A stretch of DNA of 64,000 nucleotides from Bacteroidales bacterium (GTDB taxonomy: Bacteria > Bacteroidota > Bacteroidia > Bacteroidales > ML635J-15): assembly GCA_017620015.1 (NCBI GenBank), contig JAFZRE010000022.1:73173-137172 (forward strand), in the 5' to 3' direction. Under the pieces are notes generated by a model, which worked only from the letters and a program-made list of their open reading frames with translations, did no database searches and was not told the origin of the DNA. Numbering within the stretch: the first letter of the stretch is position 1; each line of letters starts with the position of its first letter. Of this stretch, positions 8,757-16,926 are shown in pieces. Made by a program: the position numbers and the translations under genes.

Positions 8757-9716
8757 ATGATTGTAGTAACTGGAGCAGCAGGATTCATTGGTAGCAACTT
8801 GGCAGCCACACTGATAGAACGCGGATACAACGACCTTGTTTTGTCGGACGACTTTTCACGCGAAGACAAGAAGGGCAACTTCGAGAACAAGAAAGTAAAG
8901 TTCGTCAACCGCGACGACTTTGCCGACTGGCTCGATACCAACCACAAGCAGGTTGAAACCATCTTCCACCTCGGTGCACGAACAGACACCACCGAATTCG
9001 ACTTGTCGCTGCTGTTGAAAATGAACACAGAATACACCAAGATGCTCTGGGAAAAATGCTGCAAATACGGCATTCCTTTCCTCTACTCATCGTCGGCGGC
9101 AACATACGGAATGGGTGAAAACGGCTTTTCCGACACCACCGACCCCAACATTTTAAAACCGCTCAACCCATACGGCATTTCGAAGAACGAGTTCGACAAG
9201 TGGATGCTCGCACAGGAACGCAAGCCGTTTTTCTGGGCGGGATTCAAGTTCTTCAATGTGTATGGACCAAACGAGTACCACAAGGGCAGAATGGCATCGG
9301 TAATTATGCACGCCTTCAACCAGATAAATGCAACTGGAATGCTCAAGTTGTTCCGCTCGCACCGTCCCGACTACGCCGACGGCGAGCAAAGCCGCGACTT
9401 CGTGTATGTGAAGGATGTCGTCGATGTGCTGATATACTTTATGGAAACTCGCAAGCACAGCGGTATCTACAACCTTGGCACTGGCAAAGCCCGTCCGTTC
9501 AACGACCTTGGCAAAGCGACTTTCGTAGCAATGGGACTTGAGCCAAACATAACCTACATCGATACACCTGCCGACATTCGCGACAAGTACCAGTACTTTA
9601 CCGAAGCCAACATAACCTCGCTGCGGAAAGCAGGCTACACTGCCGAATTCCACAGCCTTGAAGACGGTGTAAAAGACTATGTACAGAACTATTTAGCAAG
9701 ACACAAATATAGATAG
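8757..9716 (+). CDS. hldD: ADP-L-glycero-D-manno-heptose-6-epimerase-like NAD-dependent epimerase
   Basis: It is colinear with my memory of E. coli RfaD/HldD: MIVVTGAAGFIGSN, PFLYSSSAATYG, YGISK, FKFFNVYGPNEYHKGRMASV, RDFVYVKDV, NLGTG. Confidence 0.8.
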   Translation: MIVVTGAAGFIGSNLAATLIERGYNDLVLSDDFSREDKKGNFENKKVKFVNRDDFADWLDTNHKQVETIFHLGARTDTTEFDLSLLLKMNTEYTKMLWEKCCKYGIPFLYSSSAATYGMGENGFSDTTDPNILKPLNPYGISKNEFDKWMLAQERKPFFWAGFKFFNVYGPNEYHKGRMASVIMHAFNQINATGMLKLFRSHRPDYADGEQSRDFVYVKDVVDVLIYFMETRKHSGIYNLGTGKARPFNDLGKATFVAMGLEPNITYIDTPADIRDKYQYFTEANITSLRKAGYTAEFHSLEDGVKDYVQNYLARHKYR

Positions 9717-9724
9717 GATATTTT

Positions 9725-11443
9725 ATGGATGACCAATTATTATCAAAACCTGGAAATTACAAATCGCTCGTTGCATACCAGAAAGCAGAAGTGATATATG
9801 AAATTACCTACTATTTCTGTAGCAAATATTTGCAGAAAGGCGACCGAACCATAGACCAGATGATTCAGGCAGCGCGTTCTGGCAAACAAAACATTGCAGA
9901 AGGGAGTGCTGCGTCAAGCACATCAAGTAAAACAGAAATATTCTTGATAAATGTTGCTAAAGCCAGCCTAAAGGAACTGCTTGAAGACTACATTGATTAT
10001 CTTAACACTAGAAACCATAGCATTTGGACTAAAGGGTCTGCGGAATATGAATCAATGCGCAAAAAGGGTTCCGAGCACAACAGCGCCGAGTACTTTATGG
10101 CAATCGCGCAAAGCAATCCTCCTGAATTTATAGCCAATATGGCAATAATCCTGCTAAACCAAACCGATTATTTGCTATTCCGCCTATTGGATAGACTAAG
10201 CAAGGATTTTATAGAGAATGGCGGCTTTGCAGAAAGGATGAAAAGGATGAGAACCGAGGAAAAAAGGAAGGTGGATGGCAACACTAAGGACCTTAAAGCC
10301 ACTAATGACTTTAAGGCAATTAGTGTCACCCCAGCCACCACCAAACATTTCCGCGGAGAAGTCGAAGAAAGCAAGGCCGACAACAGCGCTCTTGCCGTAA
10401 CCGATGGCGTTGTCCAGCCGCCACAGGTAAACCCGAATATTGCACGATTCCGCAGGCACAAGACAACACTCACCGCCGACGAATACATTGCCGGCATACT
10501 GCGTTCCGACCCCAATATTCTCGGGCAAGCAATAACCATGATTGAAAGCGTACGACCTGAACACCAAGCCATTGCACAAAAAATCATCGAAGGTTGCCTA
10601 CCACATTCTGGCAAGTCGATACGAATTGGCATAACTGGTGTACCCGGTGCTGGCAAAAGCACTTTCATCGAAGCACTTGGCGTAAAAATCTGCGACCTAA
10701 ACCATAAACTTGCCGTACTTGCCGTGGACCCGAGCAGCGAACGAAGCGGAGGTTCAATCCTTGGAGACAAGACCCGTATGGAAAATCTTACCTCCCACCC
10801 CAACGCCTTTGTTCGTCCTTCGCCATCAGCAGGTTCGCTAGGCGGAGTAGCACGCAAAACCCGCGAAACCATAATTCTCTGCGAAGCCGCAGGATTCGAC
10901 ACCATATTCGTCGAGACGGTTGGTGTCGGACAGTCGGAAACCGCTGTCCACAGTATGGTTGACTTCTTCTTGCTACTGCTCGTCACCGGCGCAGGCGACG
11001 ACCTGCAGGGCATTAAGCGCGGCATAATGGAAATGGCCGACGCAATAGCAATTACCAAAGCCGACGGTGAAAACATCACACGGGCACAACTTGCCAGTAC
11101 ACAGTATCAGAATGCACTGCATTTGTTCCCAATGCCAAAGTCACGCTGGACACCGATAGCAACAACCTGCTCGGCACTTTCGGGTGCGGGAATTATGGAC
11201 ATCTGGGAGATGATTACCAAATATGTAGCCCACACAAATGCAAACGGCTACTTCGACTACAACCGCAACGAACAGGCAAAATACTGGCTCTACGAAACTA
11301 TAAACGAAGCAATTAAGAACAGTTTCTACCAAAACGAAAAGATAATAGAGAGCCTTCCCGATTACGAAAGGAAAGTTCTCGACAACAAAATAAGCAGTTT
11401 CGTCGCCGCACATGAACTATTAGCAAAATACTTCGAAAAATGA
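9725..11443 (+). CDS. meaB: fusion ORF: four-helix-bundle (23S rRNA IVS / S23-like, with suffix domain) N-terminus + methylmalonyl-CoA-mutase-associated GTPase MeaB/ArgK
   Basis: Residues 1-185 resemble stand-alone four-helix-bundle proteins (YQKAEVIYEITYYF, AARSGKQNIAEGSA, ..NGGFAERMKRMR). Residues ~245-572 are MeaB (GITGVPGAGKSTFIEALG, VLAVDPSS, GGSILGDKTRM, ETVGVGQSE, ITKADG). There is no stop codon between the two parts. Confidence 0.8.
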   Translation: MDDQLLSKPGNYKSLVAYQKAEVIYEITYYFCSKYLQKGDRTIDQMIQAARSGKQNIAEGSAASSTSSKTEIFLINVAKASLKELLEDYIDYLNTRNHSIWTKGSAEYESMRKKGSEHNSAEYFMAIAQSNPPEFIANMAIILLNQTDYLLFRLLDRLSKDFIENGGFAERMKRMRTEEKRKVDGNTKDLKATNDFKAISVTPATTKHFRGEVEESKADNSALAVTDGVVQPPQVNPNIARFRRHKTTLTADEYIAGILRSDPNILGQAITMIESVRPEHQAIAQKIIEGCLPHSGKSIRIGITGVPGAGKSTFIEALGVKICDLNHKLAVLAVDPSSERSGGSILGDKTRMENLTSHPNAFVRPSPSAGSLGGVARKTRETIILCEAAGFDTIFVETVGVGQSETAVHSMVDFFLLLLVTGAGDDLQGIKRGIMEMADAIAITKADGENITRAQLASTQYQNALHLFPMPKSRWTPIATTCSALSGAGIMDIWEMITKYVAHTNANGYFDYNRNEQAKYWLYETINEAIKNSFYQNEKIIESLPDYERKVLDNKISSFVAAHELLAKYFEK

Positions 11444-11949
11444 TTGGACAGGAAATAGTTTACAAGGCATTAGCCGACTTGAACATAAAATTTGAATATT
11501 ACGAATCGCCACGCGACTTCTCGTCGGAAGACGACGGTACATTCTGGAAACGCATTGGTGCCTGCCGATGCAAGAACCTCTTTATGCGCAACCACAAGGG
11601 CAACCAGCACTACTTGCTCATTTCCGACTACTACCGCGACATCAACATCCACGCTATCGAGCACAAACTGAAGCAGGGAAAACTTTCGTTCGCCTCGCAG
11701 GAACGCATCGACAAATGGATTAAAGGAACGATTGGTGCAATTTCTGTCTTTTCGTTACTCAACGACACAGAAAATCACACCATTGCATTCATCGACAAGA
11801 CTTTGCTTACAAAAGGGCACCTAACCTTCCTGCCAAATCAACTTAACGCATTGATTTCCATAAGCACCGAAGATTTTGTAAGAATACTCGACTACACTGG
11901 CAACAAGTACGAATTTGTGGATTTGGAAATTGCGGAAGACATAGAATAA
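11440..11949 (+). CDS. prolyl-tRNA synthetase-associated (YbaK/ProX-type) aminoacyl-tRNA editing domain protein
   Basis: 169 aa with a 4-nt ATGA overlap with meaB. The CKNLFMRN..G..HYLL and GAISVFSLLND motifs are typical of the ProX/YbaK family. Confidence 0.7.
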   Translation: MIGQEIVYKALADLNIKFEYYESPRDFSSEDDGTFWKRIGACRCKNLFMRNHKGNQHYLLISDYYRDINIHAIEHKLKQGKLSFASQERIDKWIKGTIGAISVFSLLNDTENHTIAFIDKTLLTKGHLTFLPNQLNALISISTEDFVRILDYTGNKYEFVDLEIAEDIE

Positions 11950-12019
11950 GACTAACAATCTTCCATATATTTCATAGGTAGCACCCATTCTTTGGAATAT
12001 TTTTAATATTTTTGCAGCG

Positions 12020-13879
12020 ATGCGAAAATTAGTGGTTTTCATAGTAATATTGCTGCTCGGAATTACAGCATTCTCACAGCACGAAGGTATTCGTCGCTAT
12101 TTTTCGTCGTACAAACTCGACAACGACACCACAGCCGACTTCAGTTTCTACAACGACACCACTATCGATAACTTCTACAAGTTCATGCCACAGCAAAAAG
12201 TTTCCGACAATACGCTTGGACTTCTGAACCCAGGAAACCCATATCTTCCTGCATTGTTTTCGGACAAGGAAGCATCACACGACTTCATATTTCTCAACAA
12301 CTACCAGGCATTCATAAAATCGCACAAGGATGTCGTTTACTTCGATGCTCAAACACCATTCTCACGCTTCGACTTCTACGGTGGAAACAAAGGTCTTGAA
12401 ATTGTAAAGTTCATATTAAGCCAGAATTTTACACCCTACTTCAACCTTACATTTAACTACGACATAGCCAATTCCGACGGATTCTACCTCAACAACGCAT
12501 CAAAAGTGAACGCACTGAGTTTCGCAGGAGCATTTACAAAAAAGAAATACCAGAACCATTTCAACTTTATATTCAACAAGATAAACTGCAACGAAAACGG
12601 CGGAATAGCCGACGTGAACAGATTTATGAGCGGGGACATCAGGGCTGTTGACAACAACGTTATGCTCACAAAGGCGACAAGCACAATTTCACAACTCGGC
12701 GGGCAGTACAACCACGAATACCGCTTCGGGCAATATATCGTCGATACCATAATTCGCGACGAAAAAAACGATACTGTCATCAACAAAACTTTGCGCAGCA
12801 AGTTCTCAATAGTCCACGATGTGACTTTTGACCGCTATGTCCGCAAATACCAAGACTCAAAATCATCGTTCTACACGAACATCTACAACGACTCGACAAA
12901 AACAAACGACTCGATAACATACTACCAGTTCAACAACAAGCTGTTGCTATGCCTAAACATACAAAACGACTCAACTGGCAACTCACTGAAACTGTACGCA
13001 GGACTGAAAAACAGAACTTATTCATTCTTAATTGACACCACACACAAAATCACCTACAGTTCAACATACGTCACAGGAGACCTAATCTTCAAGCACAACA
13101 GAACCTTCCTTCAGGCAAATGTCGATTACTGCCTGTTCGGTGGAGATGCATACGACATAAGCATGTCGGTCAAACTGCGGCAGATGTTCGGAGAAAATCT
13201 TGGTATCAATGCAAGAGCCGGGTATTCACGAACCTATTGTTCCTTATTTGAAACCTACTACACATCTAACAATTTCAAATGGGACAACGACTTTGCCAAA
13301 CCTGGAATAGCCAATGCCCATATCGACTTGTTCCACAACAAATACGACCTTTCCATAGGCGCAAATTTTAATCTTCTGCACGACTACATAATTTTCGACC
13401 AGCAAGCTTTGCCGACTCAGATTCACCCGGCCAACATAGTTGCCGATGTATATGCAAACAAGACTTTCAACTTCTGGAAGTTCCACTGGTACACAAAGGT
13501 AGCCTACCAATACATTTCAGACAAGCAATATGTAAGGCTTCCTGAACTTATGGGCTACACAAGCCTTTACTTCATGACCGACATGTTCAACAAGGCACTC
13601 ACTCTGCAAATCGGCCTAGATGCCAAGATGAACTCGAACTTCTACGGCTATGCCTATATGCCTGCAACAGCAGTTTTCTACTTGCAGGACGACCAGAAAT
13701 TTGGATTCTACCCCAACCTCGGCTTTTTTGTCGGTGCAAAAATCAAAAGGTTCCGCGTATTTGCAAAACTGTCGAACTACAATTCGCTATTCATGAAACC
13801 GACATTCTTCTCGCTATACAGACTGCCCGACAATCCTTTTGCGTTCAACTTCGGAATTTCGTGGGAATTCTACAACTAG
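12020..13879 (+). CDS. outer-membrane beta-barrel protein (Bacteroidota putative-porin family)
   Basis: Signal peptide MRKLVVFIVILLLGITAFSQ. The 619-aa sequence is rich in alternating aromatic/polar beta-strand patterns, and the C-terminus is aromatic (ISWEFYN). Confidence 0.6.
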   Translation: MRKLVVFIVILLLGITAFSQHEGIRRYFSSYKLDNDTTADFSFYNDTTIDNFYKFMPQQKVSDNTLGLLNPGNPYLPALFSDKEASHDFIFLNNYQAFIKSHKDVVYFDAQTPFSRFDFYGGNKGLEIVKFILSQNFTPYFNLTFNYDIANSDGFYLNNASKVNALSFAGAFTKKKYQNHFNFIFNKINCNENGGIADVNRFMSGDIRAVDNNVMLTKATSTISQLGGQYNHEYRFGQYIVDTIIRDEKNDTVINKTLRSKFSIVHDVTFDRYVRKYQDSKSSFYTNIYNDSTKTNDSITYYQFNNKLLLCLNIQNDSTGNSLKLYAGLKNRTYSFLIDTTHKITYSSTYVTGDLIFKHNRTFLQANVDYCLFGGDAYDISMSVKLRQMFGENLGINARAGYSRTYCSLFETYYTSNNFKWDNDFAKPGIANAHIDLFHNKYDLSIGANFNLLHDYIIFDQQALPTQIHPANIVADVYANKTFNFWKFHWYTKVAYQYISDKQYVRLPELMGYTSLYFMTDMFNKALTLQIGLDAKMNSNFYGYAYMPATAVFYLQDDQKFGFYPNLGFFVGAKIKRFRVFAKLSNYNSLFMKPTFFSLYRLPDNPFAFNFGISWEFYN

Positions 13880-13883
13880 CATA

Positions 13884-15224
13884 ATGGATATCAATGCAAA
13901 AATATCAAGGATAACCGTGCTGTCGGCATTGTCGATGTGGATTGTCGTTGGCATCATAAAACTAAGCATCGACATAACAAAAGAAGTCCCGCCCAAACCA
14001 TTCGACCGCGACTATAGTGGAATCGTCGCTTCAGAAACACTAAATGTCGCGCTAGCCGAGAACGCCACAGAATACTGCATTTTCAATGCAACGCCACGTG
14101 GATTCCAGCTCGAAACTCTTGAAGATTTCTGCAAGGAACACAATCTCGAACTAAATATAATCCCTATTGGAAACGAAATTATTGCAGAAAGAGTTCTCGC
14201 CGCAAGCAAATGCGACCTAATTGCAAAGCACACCTTTATGACCGACAGCACAATGTCGCAGCCACTCCTTCGTTCAAGCCTTGTAATACTTTCTCGCACA
14301 AAGCAAATCCCCGACACAGTTTATGCAACTGGAACACATAGGTTTCACACTACTTACAACGAGAAAACAATAATTTGTAGCGACATCATCTCGCAAGAAA
14401 AGATTGCACGCAAGGTTGCATCTGGAGAAATAAATGCCACCATCTGCGACTCGGCACTTGCGCTCACCTACCAGAAAGCATATCCACAACTCAAAATAGA
14501 CACGTCAATATGCCTGTCACAAGACATTGTATGGCAAGTAAATCCCGAAGCTAAAGTCCTGCTCGACAGTATAAACGCATGGCTCTCACGCGAAACTGAA
14601 ACCAAGAAGTACAAGTTACGCCACAAAATATACTACTCATACATAAATATAAATGTATCAAGTCAATACTATTCGGGAAACGGCAATAAAATCAGTGCTT
14701 ACGACGACCTTATCAGGAAGCATTCTAAAAAATTACAATGGGACTGGCGCTACATAGCCTCACTGATATACGAAGAATCACACTTTTACCCAAACATAAG
14801 CAATCCATCTGGTGCCTACGGGCTTATGCAGCTTATGCCAGCAGCCTACCAGAAGTTTGCCAACGACAGCGCCGACATTTCCAACCCCGAAGTACAACTT
14901 ATGGCTGGCATAAAGCACGTTGACTACCTAAAAAAACATACACCTGAATCCATTACCGATACCGCCGTGATAATCAGGTATGTGCTTATGGGCTACAATG
15001 CCGGACACGGACACTCGGAAGATGCCTTTCACCTTGCCAAAAAGTATTCGGACAACCCTAACTCATGGCACAATCTTGCTGAATATATGACTTTTCTCAA
15101 CGACAGAACCTACTATACCGACCCCGTAGTAAAATGTGGGAAATACAAGGGAAGCCGCACAGTAGCCTTCACCAACAGCGTGGTTGACAGATACAAGCAT
15201 TATAGAAATCTAATTAGGGAATAA
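13884..15224 (+). CDS. MltF-like membrane-bound lytic murein transglycosylase (solute-binding-like domain + SLT domain)
   Basis: In-frame part of ORF 13839..15224, with ATG at 13884 (MDINAKISRI, TM anchor). The SLT catalytic motif ESHFYPNISNPSGAYGLMQLMP plus GYNAG is present. Confidence 0.8.
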   Translation: MDINAKISRITVLSALSMWIVVGIIKLSIDITKEVPPKPFDRDYSGIVASETLNVALAENATEYCIFNATPRGFQLETLEDFCKEHNLELNIIPIGNEIIAERVLAASKCDLIAKHTFMTDSTMSQPLLRSSLVILSRTKQIPDTVYATGTHRFHTTYNEKTIICSDIISQEKIARKVASGEINATICDSALALTYQKAYPQLKIDTSICLSQDIVWQVNPEAKVLLDSINAWLSRETETKKYKLRHKIYYSYININVSSQYYSGNGNKISAYDDLIRKHSKKLQWDWRYIASLIYEESHFYPNISNPSGAYGLMQLMPAAYQKFANDSADISNPEVQLMAGIKHVDYLKKHTPESITDTAVIIRYVLMGYNAGHGHSEDAFHLAKKYSDNPNSWHNLAEYMTFLNDRTYYTDPVVKCGKYKGSRTVAFTNSVVDRYKHYRNLIRE

Positions 15225-15311
15225 CTTCCGAACATCAAACCATCTTTAGAAACAAAAAAACAGAGAACGCCATTAAAGACATCCCCTGTTTTGATATTCG
15301 TAAAACACGTG

Positions 15312-15872
15312 TTATTGCAGTTTTACGGTCAGACCGAAATCGCCGAACGACACAGCGCAATCGACATAAATTTTCTTACCGTTGTAGTCGTAGCCGTATT
15401 TTGCCTTGGCGTAGTCGCCGTTTGCCTTAATAAACTTAACGTATTCGTCGTAGTCCTTGAATACATCATCGCCACGAGTCTGGTTCATGTGGAAGCCATA
15501 CATTTTTCCGCCGTCAGCAACCTTGGCAAAAGCATTGTAGTATTCCCGCTGAACACCTTCCTTGTCAATGTCAGCGGTAACTGGCGACGCCATGAAAAAC
15601 TCGGTTTCGCTTTCCCTGCGAGCCACGATTTTCGTCATCTTGTCGCTTGTGATTGGTTCGATACCACAGAATTCTTTCATTTGTGCAGAAAACTCCTCGA
15701 ATGAGAGTTCGCTATTTGCCTCGGGAGCAACAGCCTCCTCTACTGCTTCAACAGTCGTTGCAGCGGATTCTTCTGCATTTGTCTCGGTCTGAGAATTAGT
15801 CTTGTTTTCGCCGCCACAAGACATAAGAGTCATTGTTGCAAGGGCAATCATAATTGAATAAAACTTCTTCAT
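15312..15872 (-). CDS. lipoprotein, unknown function
   Basis: Lipobox MKKFYSIMIALATMTLMSCGG. It is a tandem partner of 15934..16479. Confidence 0.6.
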   Translation of the reverse strand: MKKFYSIMIALATMTLMSCGGENKTNSQTETNAEESAATTVEAVEEAVAPEANSELSFEEFSAQMKEFCGIEPITSDKMTKIVARRESETEFFMASPVTADIDKEGVQREYYNAFAKVADGGKMYGFHMNQTRGDDVFKDYDEYVKFIKANGDYAKAKYGYDYNGKKIYVDCAVSFGDFGLTVKLQ

Positions 15873-15933
15873 TGTTGTAAGATTTAAATTTATACAGATG
15901 TTAATTTAATATACAAAAAACTATTTCGTAAAA

Positions 15934-16479
15934 TTACTTTCTGTGCCCTGTCAATTGAATCCATACGGAAGAGCCTGCTGTTACATTGACAGAAATCTCG
16001 TTGTTATTATACTTGTAGTACCATTTGCCCAGATCGTATGACGCAGAATTCAGAGCGCTGTAATCTTCGATTGTCTCGCTTGATATGTAACCTAAATCAT
16101 CGGTTTTGTAGTTCGCCGTGCCGACTTTTTTGGTCACATCAAACAGTTTAGCCTTGTAGGCGTTTTGGAAGTCTGCGGTGTCATCATCTTTGGTGGAATA
16201 AGTGAGTGTCAGTTTAAAGCCTGACGTATAATCACTTCCGCTGACACTGATAATTTTGAAACCATCTTCTTCAATGTCTTTCGCGTCAATTCCGAAATGC
16301 TCTTTCAAGAGTGCGGCATAATTGCTTTCTGTCACGTCATCAAGACCGACTTTGTCCGAACCGACATTTTCAATAGTTTGAGAATTGGCTTCCAATTTTG
16401 AACCATCTCCGCTTGAACCGCAGGAAGCCACCATCATTGTCACAAAAGCGACCATAAAAATTGAAAAAACTTTCTTCAT
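15934..16479 (-). CDS. lipoprotein, unknown function
   Basis: Lipobox MKKVFSIFMVAFVTMMVASCGS. About 60 nt upstream are nearly identical to the region upstream of 15872. Confidence 0.6.
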   Translation of the reverse strand: MKKVFSIFMVAFVTMMVASCGSSGDGSKLEANSQTIENVGSDKVGLDDVTESNYAALLKEHFGIDAKDIEEDGFKIISVSGSDYTSGFKLTLTYSTKDDDTADFQNAYKAKLFDVTKKVGTANYKTDDLGYISSETIEDYSALNSASYDLGKWYYKYNNNEISVNVTAGSSVWIQLTGHRK

Positions 16480-16589
16480 TGTTGTAAAATTTAATTTATA
16501 CTGATGTTAATTTATGTACAATAAAACTATTTCGTAAAAATACTAAAAATAATAGAACTGACAAGAAATATTTTTAGGAATAAAAAATA

Positions 16590-16825
16590 ACGTTGTCTGG
16601 ATTTATAACCTTTAGCTCTCAATGTTGTCTGGATTTGTAACCTTTAGCTCGTTGCCAATGGCAACAACCTTCAGCTCGCTGCTTATGGCAGCAATCCAGA
16701 CAATGTGAATATAAGGATTTTTAATCCGCATTACTGATATTCAAGTCTTTCGGATTACTGCCTGGCAGTGAGCTAAAGGTTGCCGCAATAGGGCGAGCTA
16801 AAGGTTTCAAATCCGAAAGGACATA
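16590..16825. repeat. mosaic palindromic intergenic repeat (BIME-like), copy A
   Basis: The 12-mer aacctttagctc occurs at 16607 and 16639, and its reverse complement gagctaaaggtt at 16770 and 16795. ttgtctggatt occurs at 16593 and 16624, with aatccagacaa at 16693. Small hairpins are gttgccaatggcaac, gctgcttatggcagc and actgcctggcagt. Confidence 0.8.
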
Positions 16826-16861
16826 AACAACAAAAATTTTCATTATTTACATCTCTACAAC

Positions 16862-16894
16862 AAAAAACGACAGCCGACCATCACCGACTGCCGT
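16862..16894 (-). terminator. rho-independent terminator of the 1090-aa gene
   Basis: The minus strand reads ACGGCAGTCG-GTGATGGT-CGGCTGTCGT followed by TTTTTT, giving a 10-bp stem with two G-U pairs. Confidence 0.65.
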
Positions 16895-16926
16895 AATTCT
16901 AAAATTACAAATCGAACTTCGTAAAT

